A DNA stretch of 63,165 nucleotides, counting the filler, from Octopus bimaculoides (lineage: Eukaryota), in assembly GCF_001194135.2 (NCBI RefSeq). It is 5 parts of 5 records of this genome, joined end to end, with 100 filler letters (N's around TTAATTAATTAA, not from the genome) between each part and the next. Parts side by side here need not be neighbours in the genome. Positions count along the whole stretch, not along the records: positions 1 to 29,586 come from NC_068988.1; positions 29,687 to 52,680 come from NC_068981.1; 3 more parts are not named here. The stretch is one strand, 5' to 3'. The translations under genes were made by a program, and so were the position numbers. Below the pieces are notes generated by a model. The model ran no database searches and was not told the DNA's origin. It saw nothing but the letters and a program-made list of their open reading frames with translations. How positions within the stretch are numbered: the first letter of the stretch is position 1; every line of letters starts with the position of its first letter. This document shows, in pieces, positions 25,411-39,003 of the stretch.

Positions 25411-26849
25411 GAGAAATTAGGTTCATGATTTGATTGTGAAAAATAAAACGGAAAAAAAAGAAAGTAGGAGAGAAACTCTTAGAATCATAAATAAATTAAA
25501 AGTAGAATTCTCAACATACGTTTACGAAAATTCTTTAGTGTTGCCCTGGACATGACAATCTCTTTGGTGATGTGTTTCAAAAACTAATGGCTCATGTATA
25601 TTTTGTAAAATTGTCATGTTAGGAAGGATATCAAACCATAAGAACTATGCAAAAACTGAGTTTGATCCTCGTTAGAGTGGTGACAATTCCGGACATGTTT
25701 GGCCTTAAGCCTCATCAGTGTGGCATAGGGAAAATGTTATTGTTGCGCGATGTTAGAGCGGCTAGGAAAAGAAATAATATCTCAGTGAAAGGTCACTCGG
25801 AAAAATGGGAGGAAAATACTCGTGGATGCTTGCAGCTTAGAAATGAATACTAAAGCTGATGATTTTAGAATGCTTCAAGCAGAGAGACTAGAATTTTTAA
25901 TTAAGGAAAATTACAGCCTTAGTGAAGATGAGAACAAAAAACGAAATCATTAATCGAAATTAATTAGAAATTGAATGCAATGGCGTACAAAAATTTGTCA
26001 TTAACATGATGATCTTTTTCTCCCTTTTAAAGGAGTAAATTTAATTAATTAATTAATTAAAATTCTTTGTTTCAGTTCATTACGTATGGTGGGGCCCACA
26101 TAATTATTTATAGTTAGAGTGCAAATTTTCCACACATGTTTCTTTACTGTTAGTGAAATGTATTTCATTGTGTTTCTTATTAAAATTAATCTGTAGAGTA
26201 CCTCATTACTTATATGTCTTATATGTGTTACATCTCAATACGTCACATCTCTGAACAGTGTTGTGTTAAAATACACGATGTCTTGAGCAATAAGCCTCGT
26301 TGGAGATTACATATGAAAGATGAGTCTAACAGGTCAGTCATTTATCAAGTACTTTAGTTCACATAATTATTACTGTACTTATCGCCAGCTGACACTCACT
26401 GACGAGTATGTTTTTGTAACATATACTGCACCGTCATTAGTTGTCTTCAGTATCAATATAGTCCGGAGCAGACATAGACACCTCTTTTCACTTGAAGAAA
26501 AAGTAGGATGTAGCAGCTGAAGTAAAATAATGCTTCATAAGCATGTAATCATTATAGATGAGAAAAATGGAGTAACTTGAAAATAAAGCGTTTTTCTGAA
26601 AGACACGCGTCGCCACACCCAGAACTTAATCATGAGTGGAAAATATTTACCACTAAGTTTACAATTGGAAATAGTAATCATGTAACAAATTCTAGAAAAT
26701 GTTGCGTCATTTCACGACAGCTTTTTATTTACCAAGTCAAAGGCGGAGGGTCTGCTAGAATTAGCAGTGACATTTCCTTGCAGTCACATACTACTCTCTT
26801 AGAAACTGAGAAACTAAAAACCTCGATTAATTTAGCACTAGATACTTTA

Positions 26850-27050
26850 TATCTGCATAGATTCTAAAGACCGTTCTCAAATATCGTCCACATCAACGAT
26901 AAAATCCATAACGGAATTGTCAAACTCAACAGAATCATAGGTAGACCTCATGAGAAAGTTTGGGTGAGGATGGGTCTTAACCTCGAAACCAATCTGAGAG
27001 CTTGTAGAAAAGTTGTTCTACAAATATTGCAGCATGTCAATAAGGCATGA
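26850..27050 (+). mobile_element. Fossil RTE-clade LINE RT C-terminal fragment
   Basis: FSNIVHINDKIHNGIVKLNRIIGRPHEKVWVRMGLNLETNLRACRKVVLQIL matches the RTE pattern LSxxxxIDDEIxxRIxKASxAFGRLxxxVWxRRGLxLxTKLxVYRAVVLxxL. Confidence 0.6.
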
Positions 27051-27715
27051 AACACTTCTAAAATTTCCTTTTAACTAACTTCAAAAAAAAAAAGGCGCAC
27101 ATTCTCTAGTAGAACATGAATAATAAGGGTCTTCATTCATGCTATGATTGATAGCCTTCCAACAGGAAGCCAACTTCAAGATTGGGTTACCAGCAGGTTC
27201 TGTAACGTCTTTTCTGCTGATAAATGGGAGAGAGGGGAACCATACAGTCAGCGTTAAAAGAATTCCCTTGTAGAATTTAACAAGGAAATTCTGAGGGTCT
27301 TCCTTAGAGTTCAACATTAATCCGGGATCATATATGAGTCATGCCAGGACCTATCTATGGCAATTTCATTGGAAGAAATGCCATAAGGTCTGAGCAAATC
27401 AGGAGCAGACAATACAGAGGAAGATGCGAACAGTCAGTATATTGATGAAATAAAGTAAAACTTGTTAGCTACTGCTGGAAACATCAGTGAAAATCATGTC
27501 TTGATCTATAGACGAATGAGAAGTATCTGAATAAAGATAAGATATAATCATCATACCCAGGACGTTTTAATCATGTGGCTGCTAGTTCAGGCCTAACCTG
27601 GGAAAAAAGCATAATAACGGAGCACAGGGTCCTACGTAGTCATTTGAAATGCTTTCAAATCACTCCATGAAATTTTATAAACGGAAGAGCAATTTAATAA
27701 TTTAGTTCCAGCTAC

Positions 27716-27716
<1 letters not shown>

Positions 27717-27777
<61 letters not shown>
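27717..27777. repeat. (AC)n microsatellite
   Basis: Directly visible. Confidence 0.95.
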
Positions 27778-27779
<2 letters not shown>

Positions 27780-29394
27780 ATTTAATGACCGTAAACGGAA
27801 CATTTCAATCATATATCTAGTGGATTACGGTTAACCTAGGGTTAAAAATTTCTCGAACAAATTGCTGTTATTGTTGTTGATGTTGAGAAGCAGGTTAGGA
27901 CTGATCCCGGAAACTTACCACATGTTACAATCCAACGCGTCTATCTATCGAAATATCCAGTAATCGTATCTAGAAAATATCCATTTTCAGATAGTATTAC
28001 ACATCCTTATCTATGTGAATATAACTGATTTGAGAGAGATTAAACTCCTATTTCTAGCAGGACGTTAGCTCAACTGCATGTTGCGTAAATTATTGACAAT
28101 TAAGAACAATTTGCAAACAAACATAATGAGGCGCAACCTGGACCTACCTACCCCACACACTATACAATCATTTAGAGGGAATCGCATCTCTAATATAATG
28201 CAGACAATATCTATTATATTTGAGATGAGACGATATACCAAATATAGTCCGGTAAGGTCATTTTGATTATAATCATACAATTATAGATAAAACAGCTTCC
28301 GATAAATCGTAGACATACATACATACATACATACATACATACACGCACACGCACATATATATATGTATATATATNNNNNNNNNNNNNNNNNNNNNNNNNN
28401 NNNNNNNNNNNNNNNNNNNNNNNNNNNNNNNNNNNNNNNNNNNNNNNNNNNNNNNNNNNNNNNNNNNNNNNNNNNNNNNNNNNNNNNNNNNNNNNNNNNN
28501 NNNNNNNNNNNNNNNNNNNNNNNNNNNNNNNNNNNNNNNNNNNNNNNNNNNNNNNNNNNNNNNNNNNNNNNNNNNNNNNNNNNNNNNNNNNNNNNNNNNN
28601 NNNNNNNNNNNNNNNNNNNNNNNNNNNNNNNNNNNNNNNNNNNNNNNNNNNNNNNNNNNNNNNNNNNNNNNNNNNNNNNNNNNNNNNNNNNNNNNNNNNN
28701 NNNNNNNNNNNNNNNNNNNNNNNNNNNNNNNNNNNNNNNNNNNNNNNNNNNNNNNNNNNNNNNNNNNNNNNNNNNNNNNNNNNNNNNNNNNNNNNNNNNN
28801 NNNNNNNNNNNNNNNNNNNNNNNNNNNNNNNNNNNNNNNNNNNNNNNNNNNNNNNNNNNNNNNNNNNNNNNNNNNNNNNNNNNNNNNNNNNNNNNNNNNN
28901 NNNNNNNNNNNNNNNNNNNNNNNNNNNNNNNNNNNNNNNNNNNNNNNNNNNNNNNNNNNNNNNNNNNNNNNNNNNNNNATATATATATATATATATACAT
29001 CTATCCATATACGTTGAAATATATGATGTGTGTACATGTGTGTAATAAAACTCTATGATAAACGACCACTTAAAAATGCAGGCTTCTGTTTGTTATTGTT
29101 GTTATAGCGATAGTTAATACGTTTCTTACGTCATTATTGATATCGTCATACTTAATAACAACAATAAAAATACCAATAAACATCACCATCACAACTGCCA
29201 TCAATCAGCATCTTCTTCATCATGTCCATCACCATCAACATCATCATCTTTATCATTGGCAAACCTATGACCATTTTTCTGGATCTTCAATTCTTTGTCT
29301 TCACCTTCGTCGTTGTGTACTTAATAATCATCATGCTCATGGTGTAGCGATAATGCTGAAGATAATGGCGACCTCAGTACTATGATAATGATGG

Positions 29395-29528
29395 TGAAGA
29401 AGAAGAAGAAGAAGAAGAAGAAGAAGAAGAAGAAGAAAGGGAGAAGAAGAAGAAGAAGAAGAAGAAAGGGAGAAGAAGAAGAAAAAAAAGAAGAAAAAGA
29501 AGAAGAAGAATAAGAAGAAGAAGAAGAA

Positions 29529-29559
<31 letters not shown>

Positions 29560-29586
29560 AAGAAGAAGAAGGAGAAGAAAAAGAAA
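29395..29586. repeat. (AAG)n microsatellite, interrupted
   Basis: Directly visible; runs into a scaffold spacer. Confidence 0.95.
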
Positions 29587-29686
29587 NNNNNNNNNNNNNN
29601 NNNNNNNNNNNNNNNNNNNNNNNNNNNNNNTTAATTAATTAANNNNNNNNNNNNNNNNNNNNNNNNNNNNNNNNNNNNNNNNNNNN
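29587..29686. other. Artificial scaffold spacer 44N-TTAATTAATTAA-44N
   Basis: The identical 100-bp construct also occurs at 52681-52780, 56256-56355 and 59827-59926. The 12-mer encodes stops in all six frames. Confidence 0.95.
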
Positions 29687-29831
29687 CGCCTTTTTTGTGT
29701 TTCTAACCATCTGACCATCTCGCCTTTTTTGTGTTTCTAACCATCTGACCATCTCGCCTTTTTTGTGTTTCTAACCATCTGACCATCTCGCCTTTTTTGT
29801 GTTTCTAACCATCTGACCATCTCGCCTTTTT
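29687..29831. repeat. 34-bp minisatellite, 4 perfect copies plus a partial
   Basis: Unit CGCCTTTTTTGTGTTTCTAACCATCTGACCATCT starts at 29687, 29721, 29755 and 29789, with a partial unit at 29823. Confidence 0.95.
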
Positions 29832-30899
29832 CGTATTGTAAGACCGTAGCGTGACTTCCGGTTGATTTGTCAGGGAGATCCCGAGCATAGGAAGCGAGTC
29901 TCTCTCTCCCTCTTTCTCTCCTTCTCTCTCTCTTTCTCCCGACGATTTTGGTTATATCTTATGATGCCTGCATGTGTGTGTGTCTGTAATGTGTATGTGT
30001 GTGTGTGTATGTGTGTGTGTGGGGGGGGTGGTAAGTACGTATGCGTATGCGTGCGTTTATGCGTGTGTGTGTTTATCATAGTACGTGTGCGATACTTTTT
30101 GTGCGTTTTGTATTTCACTTCTATGAACATTGTTCATTGTGTGTCCGCACATGCCAGTATGTGCGCATGCGTGCGTATGTATGTGTATGCGCGTGTGTCT
30201 GTCTGTCTGTGTCTGTGTGTGCGCGCGTTGTGTATCTGTGTGAGAGATGTATTTTAGATAGACAGACAGAAAAACATAGAGAGAGAGAGGAAGAGAGATG
30301 TTCATACACACATGCATGAGATATATACATGCTGGTGTGTGTGCTAGGCAGAGGGCGAGGGAAGGAGTGAATTATCGAAGTAGAACGTCAATAATGGAGC
30401 AGAAGATAATACACCATTTTGAAGATGATTTGAGAATTGTTGATATATCTGTTTCTGCAAATGTATGCTCGTTATTCGAAATCCATTGCAAGATTATAGG
30501 AATGGCTACAGTTTATGAATTCAATTTTTTTAACGAGTGTAAAATACTTTGTAAAGGCCAAATTCCATTCGCTTTCTTTCTTTCACTCATTTCTTCATAT
30601 ACCTCTGCGTACACATACAATTATATGCAAGCTGGATGAAGGTGGGGAAAAAAATCGAAACCCTAGCTGCTATCTCTAAAGACATCCCTGAAATGGTAAG
30701 CAGGCATTCTGATCTAATAATACCTTTCAGTAAAAGTATTATTTTCCTCCAATTCTTGAGATTTATGTCGACGTTTTCTGTCACTAAGAATTTTGTTTGA
30801 GGAAAAGAAAAACTAAAATATCTCATAAACATACGCGCATTCCGCCATTTCTATCAGTTAACGCATTTACGCATGCATATTGCATCACACCTAAGCACG

Positions 30900-30942
<43 letters not shown>

Positions 30943-31167
30943 CTTTCCTCACTCACTTCTACACTTACACACAGACCACCACTACCTACGCCATACAACC
31001 ACACTTACATATTCGACCATTGACACACACACTTAAACATGCACACCGCTAAATATACTTACACTTACAATACACCACCGACACATACATACACATGCCA
31101 CTCAGCACATATACGCATACACATAACTACTCACTTTTACACACACACATTTGTTACTTCAAACGTT

Positions 31168-31404
31168 TGTGTGGTTTGATCAATAAGTATCCGGACTGTG
31201 GCCATAGTAACGAAGCTAAAGCACGCAGATTAAAGACGCTTGGCACAGATTGACCTTGAACTGTACTGTGCATGAAAACTAAGTTTTAACGTTCCGGCTC
31301 ACTTCCGATATTTACCGCAGTGCTTGGAAGTAACGTGTGTAGCGTGTGGCAGTCGCAATGACCTTGACAGCACCAGTCTACATACTTATTGATCAGACGT
31401 CGTA
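31168..31404. mobile_element. Mariner-type MITE (~235 bp)
   Basis: Left TGATCAATAAGTATCCGGACTG (from ~31177) versus right CAGTCTACATACTTATTGATCAGACGTCG|TA (to 31404). The outer left TIR is eroded. Confidence 0.65.
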
Positions 31405-31489
31405 CATGTTCTTTTCACAAACCAAATTTACACTTACAGTTACTGCAGTTACACTGACATACACATATAGCCATTAATCAGACACACAC

Positions 31490-31520
<31 letters not shown>

Positions 31521-31844
31521 TTCGCACACACAGAAACTCACACACATATACCACTTCCTACATTAGTATACGCACATAGACACAACACATATTTACACAG
31601 ATACACCACCACCAACATATGCATACACTACACTACCTCCACACTACCAAATTCACTTACACACACAAATGCCAACAACCACTCTTACATACACATGCCG
31701 AAACACAAACACGCACACACATACCACAATACACACTTACGCATAAACCAACTACACTTACAAACATACCACCTAACGCATACATGTATGCTACACACAC
31801 ATGCACAATGCATATCACGGCTCACACTTACACACACATACCAG

Positions 31845-32657
31845 CCTCATAGGGATGTTGAAGACAAGACAGACAGAGAAAAAAGATGGCTGTAGATGAC
31901 TAAAAGTCATTTAAAACCGGAAACGGAGACTCTAATCTGTGCTGCCTAAGAGCAAGCACTAAGAACAAACTACATAAAATACAGAATAGACAACACAGCA
32001 GAAAGTGATAAGTGCAGAATCTGTGGACAAAACGGTGAAACCGTATGGCATATTACCAGCCAATGTACGCCACTAGCCCAGAAGGAATATAAGACACGCT
32101 ACGACAATATAGCAAGACTTGTTCATTGGAAACTTTGCAATATGTATGAATTTGACAGAGCAAAAAATTGGTACGCCCACAAACCTGAAGGCATCGTCGA
32201 AAATAGAAATGCAAAGATCCTATGGGATCTTACGATTCAGTGCGACCATGAGATAGAGAATAGGAAGCCTGCTATAGTCTTAATTGAGAAAGAAATCAAA
32301 CGATGCTGGATCATAGATATAGCATGCCCAGCAGACAAGGTATGCGATAAGGAAGAAAGAAAAGTCGAGAGATAGGACAGGTTAGCTTGGGAAATTAAGT
32401 AGTTGTGGTCGAAGAAAAAGGTAGCAGTAGTACCAATAATTGTCGGAGCCCTGGAAACAGTACGCAGAAATCTCGAGAAGTACGTGGAACAAATAGCGGC
32501 TGCAATAAGGGTGGAGCATTTTCAGAAAACAGCACTGCTTAGAATCGCTCGAATACTCCGGAAGGTGCTCGAAAAATAAGAGGTGTTACCTTAGTTCACT
32601 GGTAGCGAACAGCTGACACCGTAGTACATCTCCAGCGTTAGAAGCTGTGCAAAGGCA
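31845..32657 (+). mobile_element. R4/Dong-clade LINE 3' portion, lineage A (CCHC knuckle, REL endonuclease, 3' UTR)
   Basis: One frame with 4 internal stops: LKPETETLICAA*EQALRTNY...CRICGQNGETVWHITSQC (CCHC)...KILWDLTIQCDHEIENRKPAIVLIEKEIKRCWIIDIACP (PD..D, here PA)...QKTALLRIARILRKVLEK*. Followed by a ~75-nt UTR and (ATA/ATG)n. Confidence 0.92.
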
Positions 32658-32693
32658 ATGATAATAATAATAATCATGATGATGATGATGGTG

Positions 32694-32742
<49 letters not shown>

Positions 32743-33247
32743 TAATAATGATAATATTATCGAAATAATAATAATAATAATGATAATAGCGAAAAAAGTA
32801 GGGGAAATCGATATATATATATACATAATAGATGGTATTAAATGGGGTACAGCTTGCCTGTTAGAAATTTCCTGCTGACGTCAAAAGTATCTCTTTCAAA
32901 TAACAAAGCGAAAGAAAAAAAAAAGAGGGCGATAGGAACGAAGGAAATGAATCCTTTCCTTTCTTTCCCGCCTTACATAATGTCATCGGTTATCTCATCA
33001 TCTCGTTTAGAATACAAGGAAAGATTATGGGGGACGGGGGTAAAGAAGATGGTAAAGGGGCCAAAAGATCCCTATGATACTTGGAATCATTAAAACAATG
33101 AATATTGAATCGAAACGAAAGGAAAAAGTGTTTTTTTGTTAAAAAAAAAAAAAAAAGGGAATTTAATAGCAGCGAATGTAATGAGCATTCTTTGATTTCA
33201 TTGGACTAAAAAACAGGACTATTTTCATTTATTGCTTGCTATTGAGT

Positions 33248-33252
33248 TTCTT

Positions 33253-33331
<79 letters not shown>

Positions 33332-33359
33332 CATCATCATCAGTAGTAGTAGTAGTAGC

Positions 33360-33425
<66 letters not shown>
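33248..33425. repeat. Compound microsatellite (CTT)n(ATT)n(ATC)n(GTA)n
   Basis: Directly visible. Confidence 0.95.
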
Positions 33426-34229
33426 TTTTGTCTTTCCGTAATCTGGCTGCGAATGAAACCATGTAACGAAGTAAAATAGTTAAGGAATGGATTTCTAATC
33501 GCTTATTGATAGCGATTGTCTCTAAGAGATTGTTTACGCAGTCGAGAATGGATTAAAGAAATCAGAGATCTAAGGAATGTTGGGTGGGGGTGTCGACAAG
33601 GAAAAATACGGGAAAGAAAAAAGAAAAACAAATAAAGTATTACATCTTTACAGGAAATCGATTATCTTTACAGCTTATCGATTATCAGTTGATAAACATC
33701 TCTAGAAATATATATAAACGAGTGTCTCATTTAACACACACGCGCACACCTACAGAAACATGTATTAATGAGTATGTGTATAAGTACGTACATACANNNN
33801 NNNNNNATATATATATATATATATATATACACACGTGGTGTGTTTATTGTGTATATAAATGCGAGTGTTGGTGTGTGTGTAGAGACACGTTTGTAATGAA
33901 CACATTAATCAATAGGTCAGCAATTTACAGTTTCGTCGTTCGATATCTGATTGATCCTTCTAAGATAGTTTTAAAACAACAGAGAAAGATATTATGTAAA
34001 TAAATTCATTGCAGTTTTCTTTTAACTATTAAACGAAGCCGATCGATTTCTTTTCTATTCCCGAGTTTACAACTTTAAATTAATGCTCACTGCTTACTCT
34101 AATGATAATTATTTCCCATTTCTTTTTCTCTTCCCCAGTAGCCACACTGCCACCACGCACCGCCACCATCCAGTCCTGCTGTAAACTGTTCCTATTCATG
34201 TATGTCTGATAAACGTTTGCTTAAGAGGG

Positions 34230-34950
34230 GGCATGAAATTATTATTGTGTTTATGTTTATGTTCATGTTGTAGGGTGGGTTGAACCAAATTGGTTTCCCA
34301 AATTCCAGGCATCCAAGGAAATTATTTAGATTAGATGAGAAGAGTTCCATTATAATGAATTGAATAAATCTCATTGTACTTTATTTTCAACGCCATAGAA
34401 TAACATGATGACACTGGCGTTGCAGTAATATCGTATCAAAGCAGTTGCGCTTCTGATCTTGACGATAGTGGAGTCGAAACTAGGGAGTAAATACAAAATT
34501 TTTGTTAAGGTCCTCAGCAGTTTTGTAAGGTCTATGTGTTGTAAGACGATCCGTGCTGTTTTCTATTCCATGAAAAGAGACGAATGTTTTGTACCTGTGT
34601 TTATAATGTTGTAGGTGATGAGTCTAAGTTTCTGCCAAGCTTGAGAGTGATGCCGGCGATTTAGTCCTTAGCTTTTGTTGCACCATATTATTCGCAAATA
34701 TTTTTTCTGTTGTGTTTGCAGGTAAACCCATTTGGGGAGATAATCTAAAAGGTTTCATCTTCTAAAGTCATATTTGGCAGCAAGAGTTGATTGCCATTTA
34801 CAACAAAGCTTCCTATTCCACCTAATTTATGTGATAACTGAAAAGCTTATAAAACGATGTTTATGGTATATAGTGTCTTCAATGGCATTTGATGTTCTTC
34901 ATCACGGCTATAAAATCGAAATCGCCGGTATTCGCTGTTAGACAACACTG
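34230..34950 (-). mobile_element. Decayed Penelope-like element fragment
   Basis: ORF 34192..34374 contains KPIWFNPPYNMNINT (PLE IIWFNPPYSxNVxT). Upstream minus-strand pieces THRPYK, STIVK and YSMALK fall in PLE order. Confidence 0.5.
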
Positions 34951-36081
34951 AGTTGCTATTGTTGAAAAGATCTCCTGTGAAAGAGTACACTACGTTACGT
35001 GAATGGGGGTGAAACAATCACGCGCACACTCGGTTACTTGGCAGGTGAATTAATCAAATTAACTAAACTTATTTTAATCAATCAGCAATTAGTGTTACTT
35101 ATCAGCACACGTATTTAATTAGTGCCAACTTACTTGTTTGTTTTTTCTCTACATACCTTGTAGCCTATACAATACACCCTGTTCCAGACACACCGTTGCG
35201 AGCAGAACACAACTTCCCGTACACACCTGTTCCCAAGAACAGCTGACTCTTCAACTTCCTGTCAAACTGAAAGCAAACCAACAACCGAATCCAAAATATA
35301 CACAGATACACTTACACACACACACACATGTTTTAGTATACTTATCACTTTGTATACGAACACTTAGAGACGTATGTTTACACAATCAATACACTCGCAG
35401 TAGAAAAGGAGGGTGAGTTTACTGAATGCCCAAAAGCTATTCACGGAATGTTATATGTTTCTTGGGATACCTTTTCAAGATATCTGCAAGGAGTCCGGTC
35501 CACATGATACCCTGATTGCAAAGCAAACATCTTGAACATTCAGCCATAATTCCACACACCCTCATACACGTGTCTGTTCATGCATATGTACATATGTATG
35601 TATATGCTTCTAATGCACGAAGAGTACTGACGAATGGTAATAAATATGTGTGTGTATATATATATGTATGTATGTATGTATGTGTGTATATTTCATTAAT
35701 TAGTGTTATATATTAGCATGCATACTTAATCAGTGTCAGCGTAATTATATTTAGTACTTACGCATCTCGTAACTATTTGACAGTAACTCTTGCGTATGTA
35801 ATCTACATTATGTAACCAATAAACACTTATGTATACATGTATGTGTATGTGTGTGTATGTCTGTGTGCATGCGCGTGATGTGTGTGCGTGGGTGTGCGTC
35901 CGTGTCAATGTACAAGGCCTACACCTTTATTCTCCCTCCGTACTCTATATATACACCCATCCAGTCATATGTTACCCTCATTTCCCCCCCCCACCACACA
36001 CACACACACACATACACACACATTCCTTCTATTTTCTTATATATCAGCGTTTTGTATTATCAATAACTTCTCCCCGATCTC

Positions 36082-36129
<48 letters not shown>

Positions 36130-36391
36130 ACACTCATTTCCGCTGTTTTGCCAAACTTCTCTTTCTCATATTCCACATGGAATTTCATATTATATTCTTG
36201 TTCCCCTTCAGTCTTCTGTGATTCTCGGCTGTTTGGTTCCTTCCGATTTTTCTTCGCACCTCACTCTCTGCGACTGTTTGTATCTACATAAAATATATGC
36301 AAACATACATACATAGGTACATGTGTAAATATATATCGTTCAATGTATATGTATATAGAGAGACGCGTAGATAGGATTGAATACGCGCACG

Positions 36392-36456
<65 letters not shown>

Positions 36457-36995
36457 NNNNNNNNNNNNNNNNNNNNNNNNNNNNNNNNNNNNNNNNNNNN
36501 NNNNNNNNNNNNNNNNNNNNNNNNNNNNNNNNNNNNNNNNNNNNNNNNNNNNNNNNNNNNNNNNNNNNNNNNNNNNNNNNNNNNNNNNNNNNNNNNNNNN
36601 NNNNNNNNNNNNNNNNNNNNNNNNNNNNNNNNNNNNNNNNNNNNNNNNNNNNNNNNNNNNNNNNNNNNNNNNNNNNNNNNNNNNNNNNNNNNNNNNNNNN
36701 NNNNNNNNNNNNNNNNNNNNNNNNNNNNNNNNNNNNNNNNNNNNNNNNNNNNNNNNNNNNNNNNNNNNNNNNNNNNNNNNNNNNNNNNNNNNNNNNNNNN
36801 NNNNNNNNNNNNNNNNNNNNNNNNNNNNNNNNNNNNNNNNNNNNNNNNNNNNNNNNNNNNNNNNNNTGTATATATATTTACATATATATATATGTAAATA
36901 TATATACATGCATATATATAAATATATACATATAGATCTATATATATATGTGAGTGTATTTATATATGTGTGCGTGCGTGTGTGTGTGTGTGTGT

Positions 36996-37362
36996 GGAGG
37001 CGCAATGGCCCAGTAGTTAGAGCAGTGGGCTCGAGGGCGCAGGATCGCGGTTTTGATTCTCAGACCGAGTGTTGTGAGTGTTTATTGAGCGAAACCCCGA
37101 GGCTCCGGCAGGGGGTTGTGGCAAATTCTGGTGTACTTTTCCACCACAACTTTCTCTCACACTTTCTTCCTGTTTCTGTTGTGCCTGTAATTCAAAGGGT
37201 CAGCCTTGTCACACTCTGTGTCACGCTGAATCTCCCCGAGAACTACGTTAAGGGTACACGTGTCTGTGGAGTGCTCAGCCACTTGCACGTTAATTTCACA
37301 AGCAGGTTGTTCCGTTGATCGGATCAACTGGAACCCTCGACGTCGTAACCGACGGAGTGCCA
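36996..37362 (+). mobile_element. tRNA-derived SINE family B, full length (head resembles tRNA-Arg)
   Basis: GGAGGCGCAATGGCCCAGTAGTTAGAGCAGTGGGCTCGAGG...GGTTTTGATTCTCAGACC head. Co-linear with 16330-16706; lies between a (GT)n and an (AGAT)n tract. Confidence 0.9.
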
Positions 37363-37370
37363 CGATATGT

Positions 37371-37421
<51 letters not shown>

Positions 37422-37567
37422 TCCATACGTGTATAGACACATATAACACATCCGACATGTATCGCTCATTTTCTACCGCCAACTCTCACAGAAACACTTA
37501 CTTATATGATATCCATTAATATTCACAGATATACATATTGATTTATACATACATACATACATACACA

Positions 37568-37603
<36 letters not shown>

Positions 37604-38576
37604 TACATATATGTACATATTCAGCACATTCACAAACACACACACATATATATATATTCTATCAGACGTAAATGTTTATAAAAAAAAAAAAGAAATATTT
37701 CCGTACACACACGCATATTGTTTGGATAATCCAACGAACACATACAATTCATGTCTACTTCATTTGAACCTTTCTACATATAATTCTCTCCTTTATTTAC
37801 GCTTTCTTGACACTCACACATACAAAGAGACATGAAGCTAACATGTATACGTACATATACCATCCAAACCATACACATACACACACACACACAATTTCTC
37901 TTTCATCATATAATTATCGTCTCTCATTCCCTTTCCATCTCCCTCATTCTCCCGATGGCATTCAATAATTTGATGACAGTCACGTGATGTATTTTCAATT
38001 CCTTTTCCAAGGAAAGGGCATTTTTCGTTTCCATTTCAGATTTTTTACGCTTATTATATATTATATATTGTTTTTATTTTCGTTTGATTGATTTTTTTTT
38101 TTTTTGCGATTATCCGCTGTGGGTTTTTATCGTCGTTGTTGCCGCTGCTGTTGTTTTCGTTCTTATTGCTGTTCATATTGTTTATTCTTGCTGTATTATC
38201 CTCCCTATCTTTTCCAACAGCACACAACCGTGAACTAATAGCATCTCACAATACTATCTTTGATATTTATTCTTTGACGTTCCAAATAACTCAGTGATTT
38301 TCAAACCCCAAAACTCCCCCATCTGCAATTAACACCTCGCTATTTTCTCGCCAGTCAAAATCGGCTCGTTTTTTTTTTTTTTTCTTTACTCAATTTCTCT
38401 TTCATATTTTCGCGTTTTATGCTTTTTCAGCCATATTTGACCAATGTCTATGGCGGATCACATTTCCTCACGGTGCTTCTGAAATTATTATGCTCATTTT
38501 TGTTGTTGTTTTTGTTGTTACTAATACTTCTGCTGTTGTTATCACTAATACCACTACAACTTCCACTAATGCTATT

Positions 38577-38610
<34 letters not shown>

Positions 38611-38746
38611 AAGTAGTAGTAGTAGTACTACTACTACTACTACTACTGCTGCTGCTATTGCTGCTACTGCTACTACTGCTACTATTACTAATAACAGTAG
38701 TGTTTATTTTTATGATGTGATTAATTTTTCTTATTTTCTTCTTTTT

Positions 38747-38807
<61 letters not shown>

Positions 38808-38850
38808 TTATTTTTATTATTATTACTATTATTATCATTATTATTATTTA
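38577..38850. repeat. Compound microsatellite (GTA)n(CTA/CTG)n ... (CTT)n(ATT)n
   Basis: Directly visible. Confidence 0.95.
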
Positions 38851-39003
38851 TGAATTTAAGGCCGGAAAATGGTTGAGATATCATTTTAAAGAATAAGAAT
38901 GGATATGTTGGACGAAATATTTCTTATTTTAACCCATTAACTGCCAAATTTTCTTTTATTCTTATTTTTTGGCTTTGCCAAGTGTCTTAGGAGTTAAAAT
39001 AAT

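Noticed and set aside
27100-27540. Possible CR1-like LINE remnant on the minus strand (DMIFT, LWHF, WFP pieces)
   Set aside because: Too few conserved residues to list as a feature.
29687-29831. Minisatellite as a CRISPR array or telomeric repeat
   Set aside because: Units are contiguous with no spacers, the context is eukaryotic, and CTAACC occurs once per unit and not as (CCCTAA)n.
30620-30700. Candidate small exon (AG|CTGG...GAAATG|GTAAGC; WMKVGKKIETLAAISKDIPEM)
   Set aside because: Good donor but a weak acceptor, no recognisable peptide and no partner exons.
36996-37070. tRNA gene
   Set aside because: The tRNA-like head continues into a SINE body shared with 16330-16706; the acceptor stem and cloverleaf are not intact.
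38929-38950. TTAA-CCCATTAACTGCC as a piggyBac left end
   Set aside because: No matching right TIR or transposase was found.
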